DNA of 64,000 bases, taken from Candidatus Saccharimonadota bacterium. GTDB taxonomy: Bacteria; Patescibacteriota; Saccharimonadia; Saccharimonadales; UBA10212. The position numbers and the translations under genes are program-made. The number at the start of each line of letters is the position of its first letter. Position 1 is the stretch's first letter. Positions 60,171 to 64,000 of this stretch are shown here, one piece after another. The stretch is from contig JALHRM010000001.1 in the NCBI GenBank assembly GCA_022841445.1, forward strand, positions 259,777 through 323,776, written 5' to 3'. The notes under the pieces are model-generated. The model was not told where the DNA came from. It searched no databases and saw only the letters and a list, made by a program, of their open reading frames with translations.

Positions 60171-60638
60171 TCATTCATGATGGTATTTGCCATTATTGAT
60201 AATGCTAAACGCGCGATATAGCTGTTCGGCGATCAGCAAGCGAACAAGCATATGGGGCAGAGTGAGCTTACTAAGCGCCCAGGTTTTACTGGCGAGCTGC
60301 TTAATTGATTGATTTACGCCGTATGATCCTCCAATAATAATGCAAATCTGCTCCGAATGGGCACTAAGTTCTTCCAAGTGGGCACTTAATACCTTAGTAT
60401 TCAGTTGTTCACCGGTCTCATCGAGCAAGATCGGGTATGAGCCGGCCGAAATTGCTTTTATAATTGTAGCGGCTTCAATATCGAGCCGCCGTTGTTGCGG
60501 CAAACTAGGGTTGGCCGACTTCACAATCGTCCAAGTAACTTGAACATTATATGCACTGAGCCGCCTCTCGTAATCATTTATCAGAGGTTCGATCTCTGTC
60601 GAAGTAGATTTACCCACAGAAACAATAGTTATTTTCAT
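60171..60638 (-). CDS. rlmH: 23S rRNA (pseudouridine1915-N3)-methyltransferase RlmH (SPOUT family)
   Basis: 155 aa. MKITIVSVGK..., IIIGGSYGV, and LSKLTLPHMLVRLLIAEQLYRAFSIINNGKYH at the C-terminus. Confidence 0.88.
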   Translation of the reverse strand: MKITIVSVGKSTSTEIEPLINDYERRLSAYNVQVTWTIVKSANPSLPQQRRLDIEAATIIKAISAGSYPILLDETGEQLNTKVLSAHLEELSAHSEQICIIIGGSYGVNQSIKQLASKTWALSKLTLPHMLVRLLIAEQLYRAFSIINNGKYHHE

Positions 60639-60677
60639 TAGCCAATTCTAACAGAGTAAGTGACTATCAATTACAGA

Positions 60678-60704
60678 TTAGCACTCTCACTTGCAGAGTG
60701 CTAA
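60678..60704. promoter_or_regulatory. Perfect consensus CIRCE element (HrcA operator) not associated with a chaperone gene
   Basis: TTAGCACTC-tcacttgca-GAGTGCTAA matches the consensus 18/18. It lies 40 nt upstream of the rlmH start on the minus strand and 420 nt upstream of the next plus-strand gene. Confidence 0.8.
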
Positions 60705-61123
60705 TTCGCCATGCTATGCTGAACTTACAGTGAAAAATAACGACTCACTACACCACTACCCAAGCTCTGAAAAAGTAAGGTATCTTGTTTGCTTACCCTT
60801 GCAACAGTGCAATGCGTTACTGCTTTATTTTGCTTCGCTGGCAGAGTCACTGCTTCTTATCGGCGAACTGTTCCGTAAAGACGAAGTTGGCCGTAATTGG
60901 ACTGGATTGCTTTGGACAAGAATTAGCCATAAGTCACTGCCAAGCATGCCAGAACTTACTACGCATATTCGACCATTATTTAGGCGATTCGAGCAAAGTA
61001 TTTACTGGCTTCACGCTGCAGACCCCTTTGCCAAATGTCCGGCAGTATAAAATTTCACAGCTTTATCTAAGCTAGCTAAGCTTTACTACTAATACAATTT
61101 GATATTCAAAAGGGGTAATATCC

Positions 61124-61579
61124 ATGACTGATAAGCAACAAATCAAAGACGTCGTCCAGACTGTCGCAGAATTACAAGACATGAAGCAGTGGGAGCGACT
61201 CGAAAACTATTTTGTTGAAAAGCCGTTTGTCGATGTGAAGGCTCTGAGCGGTGAAATGCCAGCGGTAATTACTAAGCGCAGTCTGATAGACGGCTGGCGA
61301 CGCGAGATAGGGAGTTACTTTTACTCAACACGGCATTTTATTCGCCGTTTGGCGGTACGGATGCTCAATTCTCGTCGCGCCAAAGTGACAACCAATGTCG
61401 AGCACGTTCATTATGTGGCCGACAAAGGCGAGCGCTACGCCTGGACAGTGAAGGGGACTATCGAATATATTGTCGTCAAATCGGCCAATGGTACATGGAA
61501 AATCAGCCAAATGATATTCAAGCTGACCGACCAAGCAGTTCGACCTGTTGGGCTTGCTGCTCCACAAGCTGCGTTCTAA
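61124..61579 (+). CDS. SnoaL/NTF2-like fold protein
   Basis: 151 aa. The N-terminal pattern DKQQIKDVVQTVAELQDMKQWERLENYFVEKPFVD is typical of NTF2-like/SnoaL-type small proteins. Confidence 0.5.
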   Translation: MTDKQQIKDVVQTVAELQDMKQWERLENYFVEKPFVDVKALSGEMPAVITKRSLIDGWRREIGSYFYSTRHFIRRLAVRMLNSRRAKVTTNVEHVHYVADKGERYAWTVKGTIEYIVVKSANGTWKISQMIFKLTDQAVRPVGLAAPQAAF

Positions 61580-61633
61580 GCACAAGTATTTTGTTCTCAA
61601 CCAAGCTATAATCAGGCGTGTGGAATATCACGC

Positions 61634-62302
61634 ATGAAAGTACTTGTTGTTTACGCCCATCACGAACCATCTTCGTTAACGGCAAGCATGAAAAACATTG
61701 CTGTGCAGCAATTAACATCTCAAGGACATGAGGTGGTTATTAGTGACCTGTATGCTCAAGGATTTAATGCCGTCGCTCAAAAGTGGGATTTTGTTACAAC
61801 CACAGGGGGGCATTTCAACTATATGCTTGAGCAGCGCCACGCTGCTCGGCTTGGGATGTCTTTTGCGCCGGATATAACATCTGAAATTGAAAAGCTTGCC
61901 ACCGCTGAACTGGTGGTAATTGCTACTCCGATATGGTGGTTCAGTGTACCGGCGGTTTTGAAGGGTTGGTTTGACCGAGTGCTCGCCATGGGCGTGACCT
62001 GGGACGGTGGCAAAATCTATGAAAACGGCCTGATGAGGGGCAAGCAGGCGATGATGCTGGTAAGTGCTGGTGGACCGAAAGAATATTACAGCAAAGAAGG
62101 GAAGCACAAGGCGTCAATGACCGAAATACTGCACCCGATTAACCACGGTACGCTCGCTTTTTGCGGTTACGATGTTCACGAACCATTTTGCGCAATTAAT
62201 ACGCTTGGGCAAACCAAAGAAGAACTAGACACAACAATGAATGACCTCCGTTTCAGACTCCAGAATCTGACCACCAGCCCAAACTGGCTCACTAAGTACT
62301 AG
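61634..62302 (+). CDS. Flavodoxin-like fold NAD(P)H dehydrogenase (quinone), NQO1/MdaB-type
   Basis: MKVLVVYAHHEPSSLTASMKN...VISDLYAQGFN...PIWWFSVPAVLKGWFDRV matches the Flavodoxin_2 family pattern. Confidence 0.75.
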   Translation: MKVLVVYAHHEPSSLTASMKNIAVQQLTSQGHEVVISDLYAQGFNAVAQKWDFVTTTGGHFNYMLEQRHAARLGMSFAPDITSEIEKLATAELVVIATPIWWFSVPAVLKGWFDRVLAMGVTWDGGKIYENGLMRGKQAMMLVSAGGPKEYYSKEGKHKASMTEILHPINHGTLAFCGYDVHEPFCAINTLGQTKEELDTTMNDLRFRLQNLTTSPNWLTKY

Positions 62303-62313
62303 CATCTACTCCC

Positions 62314-62420
62314 CTGACCAGTACTCACTTTTCCCCTCTCCAGAGCACTTTGCCCTTGAAGTAGCAACAAAGGGCGGCGTTCGCATAACTCTTGCGATTG
62401 AAAAAGTAAGTACTGGTCAG
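62314..62420 (+). repeat. 19-bp inverted repeat enclosing two small hairpins (107-nt three-way-junction-like element) between the quinone reductase gene and argS
   Basis: CTGACCAGTACTCACTTTT (62314-62332) pairs with AAAAGTAAGTACTGGTCAG (62402-62420) at 18 of 19 positions. The inner hairpins are GCCCTT-n12-AAGGGC and TCGCA-n7-TGCGA. No T-run follows. Confidence 0.5.
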
Positions 62421-62465
62421 ATCTACCACTGATTGTGTTCCTTAAACTGTTATACTGGTGCTCAA

Positions 62466-64000
62466 ATGGAGCCAGTTAAAGAATCAATTTCAGCTATCTG
62501 TAAAAAGTTGTTCAGTGTTGATGCTACCCCCGAAATCACTCGCCCGGCCGAACAATTTGGTGATTTTTCTACCAATGTTGCTTTGACATTGGCCGCTAAA
62601 CTTGGCAAGAATCCCCGAGAAGTGGCCAATAAAATTAGCACTGAACTAGCAGCGGTTTCAGGAATCGTTTCAGCCGAAGTTGCTGGCCCGGGCTTTATTA
62701 ACATCGCCCTTGAAGATTCTACGCTCATAACCGCCATAAAGTCGGCGGTAGACGGAGACAGTAATTTTGGTCGCAGCAAAGCACTAGACAACCAGACGGT
62801 AGTTGTTGAGTATTCTGATCCAAATCCGTTCAAGGTGTTGCATGCCGGTCACCTATACACCAGCGTAGTAGGGGATGCGATTGCCAACCTGCTCGAAGCA
62901 TCTGGTGCAAGAGTCCATCGCGTAAATTACGGTGGCGATGTTGGCAGGCATGTTGCAATCACGCTTTGGGCCATGCTTCAGAAGTTGGGCGGGGAATACC
63001 CACAAAAGCTGGACGAAATAGATGAACATGCAAGAGCTGAATGGATGGCCGAGTGTTATATAGAAGGAACTTCTGCCTACGACACAAACCCTAAGGCAAA
63101 AGCAGAGATCACGGATTTGAACAAGCGGGTATATGAGTTTCATGCCAAGAATGATCAGGATTCACCATTAGCTAAAATCTACTGGACAACCCGATCGTGG
63201 AGTTATGAGTATTTCGAGTATTTCTATTCACAGATAGGGACGAAGTTTGAAAAATTTTATCCGGAAAGCGATGTTGCCGAGCTCGGTATTGCTACGGTTC
63301 GCGAGCAGCTAGGCAAAGGAGTGTTCCAAGAATCAGACGGTGCAGTTGTCTTTGATGGTGACAAGCACGGACTTCATACCAGGGTGTTCATTAATTCGCA
63401 GGGTTTGCCGACGTACGAAGCCAAAGAAGTAGGCTTAATCAAGCAAAAAGCCAAAGACTATGATTTTGATAAATCGGTAGTCATAACTGGTAGCGAACAA
63501 GAACAATATATGGCCGTCGTACTTAAGGCTGTAGAACAATTCTTACCCGATTTAGCTCAAAAAACCACCCATCTTACCCACGGCATGGTGAAACTACTGG
63601 GCGGTGTCAAGATGAGTAGCAGAAAGGGCAATATTCTGCGCGCGCTCGATGTAATCGATGCAGCGGCTGAGGCAAATCGATCTATGACTGGTAAAGACAA
63701 CGATGACGTAGCCCTTGGGGCGGTCAAGTATTCATTTTTGAAACAGCGCCTTGGACCCGATGTTGTTTATGATCCCGAGGAATCGGTCAGTTTGACTGGT
63801 AATAGCGGGCCGTATCTACAGTACGCCTTGGTGCGCGCTAAAAGTATCTGGCGAAACGCTCCGTCTAATGTAGTTTGCAGCATAGAAAGTAGTCATGTAT
63901 TGCAGCCCGCAGAACGGTCTTTAATCCGTAAAATTGGTGAATATCCAGAAGTTATTGAAAAAGCATCGGCCGAACTACTACCACATCATCTAGCGACGTA
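62466..64000 (+). CDS. argS: Arginine--tRNA ligase, 5' portion (runs off the window end; absent from the ORF track because no stop is reached)
   Basis: My translation from ATG 62466 is MEPVKESISAICKKLFSVDATPEITRPAEQFGDFSTNVALTLAAKLGKNPREVANKI...AGPGFINI...VVVEYSDPNPFKVLHAGHLYTSVVGDAI (HIGH-type HAGH). Later comes GGVKMSSRKGN (the MSxRxG variant of KMSKS typical of ArgRS). Confidence 0.88.
   Translation, partial: MEPVKESISAICKKLFSVDATPEITRPAEQFGDFSTNVALTLAAKLGKNPREVANKISTELAAVSGIVSAEVAGPGFINIALEDSTLITAIKSAVDGDSNFGRSKALDNQTVVVEYSDPNPFKVLHAGHLYTSVVGDAIANLLEASGARVHRVNYGGDVGRHVAITLWAMLQKLGGEYPQKLDEIDEHARAEWMAECYIEGTSAYDTNPKAKAEITDLNKRVYEFHAKNDQDSPLAKIYWTTRSWSYEYFEYFYSQIGTKFEKFYPESDVAELGIATVREQLGKGVFQESDGAVVFDGDKHGLHTRVFINSQGLPTYEAKEVGLIKQKAKDYDFDKSVVITGSEQEQYMAVVLKAVEQFLPDLAQKTTHLTHGMVKLLGGVKMSSRKGNILRALDVIDAAAEANRSMTGKDNDDVALGAVKYSFLKQRLGPDVVYDPEESVSLTGNSGPYLQYALVRAKSIWRNAPSNVVCSIESSHVLQPAERSLIRKIGEYPEVIEKASAELLPHHLAT

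Noticed and set aside
60691-61075. Overlapping plus-strand ORFs of 119 aa and 96 aa downstream of the orphan CIRCE
   Set aside because: These are two mutually exclusive frames with Leu/Cys/His-rich, atypical composition, no SD and no recognisable motif. I treat the region as unassigned (see the finding) rather than calling a CDS.
1-64000. Search by eye for CRISPR arrays, rRNA genes, IS elements/transposases, integrases, prophage blocks and toxin-antitoxin or restriction-modification signatures
   Set aside because: I saw no spaced direct-repeat array, no rRNA-like conserved strings, no DDE/serine/tyrosine recombinase-like ORFs, and no phage structural genes. The only repeats found are the two tRNA-flanking modules, the CIRCE copies, the pilin paralogs and the thioredoxin paralogs.

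Overview
This is an origin-proximal chromosomal window. It starts inside dnaN, followed by recF, in a compact, monoderm-type genome. The gene content includes Gram-positive-style T4SS parts, a T4SS-pilin array, an LPxSG sorting signal, many short orphan genes and CCA-encoded tRNAs. From this I guess a Patescibacteria/CPR (Saccharibacteria-like) organism, by inference only. I call about 60 protein genes and 5 tRNAs (all four tRNA-Ser isoacceptors plus tRNA-Arg-GCG). I see no rRNA, CRISPR array, transposase or integrase. The stand-out is nt ~1,500-19,800, a type IV secretion-like locus. On the minus strand it runs VirB6-like, a 473-aa acidic protein, PrgI/VirB3-like, a VirB4-N-domain-like 335-aa protein and a VirB4 ATPase. 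These are followed by a 1337-aa and a 698-aa multi-domain peptidoglycan hydrolase and a small bitopic protein. A plus-strand operon of seven tandem VirB2/TrbC-like pilin paralogs diverges from it. No coupling protein, relaxase or integrase is visible, so I read it as a resident, probably non-conjugative surface or contact machine. The second unexplained signal is a ~157-nt module found twice, directly 3' of tRNA-Ser(UGA) and tRNA-Arg(GCG). Each copy has a 35-nt near-identical core, hairpins and a partial copy of that tRNA's own 3' end. Other content: hsp20 and comF; a membrane-anchored Clp/Hsp100-type ATPase; an extracytoplasmic thiol-redox island (DipZ-like, two anchored thioredoxins, NrdH-like); a His-rich secreted repeat protein; a polysaccharide deacetylase. 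The housekeeping genes are valS, tsaD, murE-like, groESL behind a tandem CIRCE, pgi-like, a MacB-type ABC pair, pyrC and carA-carB-pyrB with a leader hairpin, purA, rlmH, an orphan perfect CIRCE, and the 5' part of argS. All calls come from reading the sequence and the ORF translations; no database search was run.
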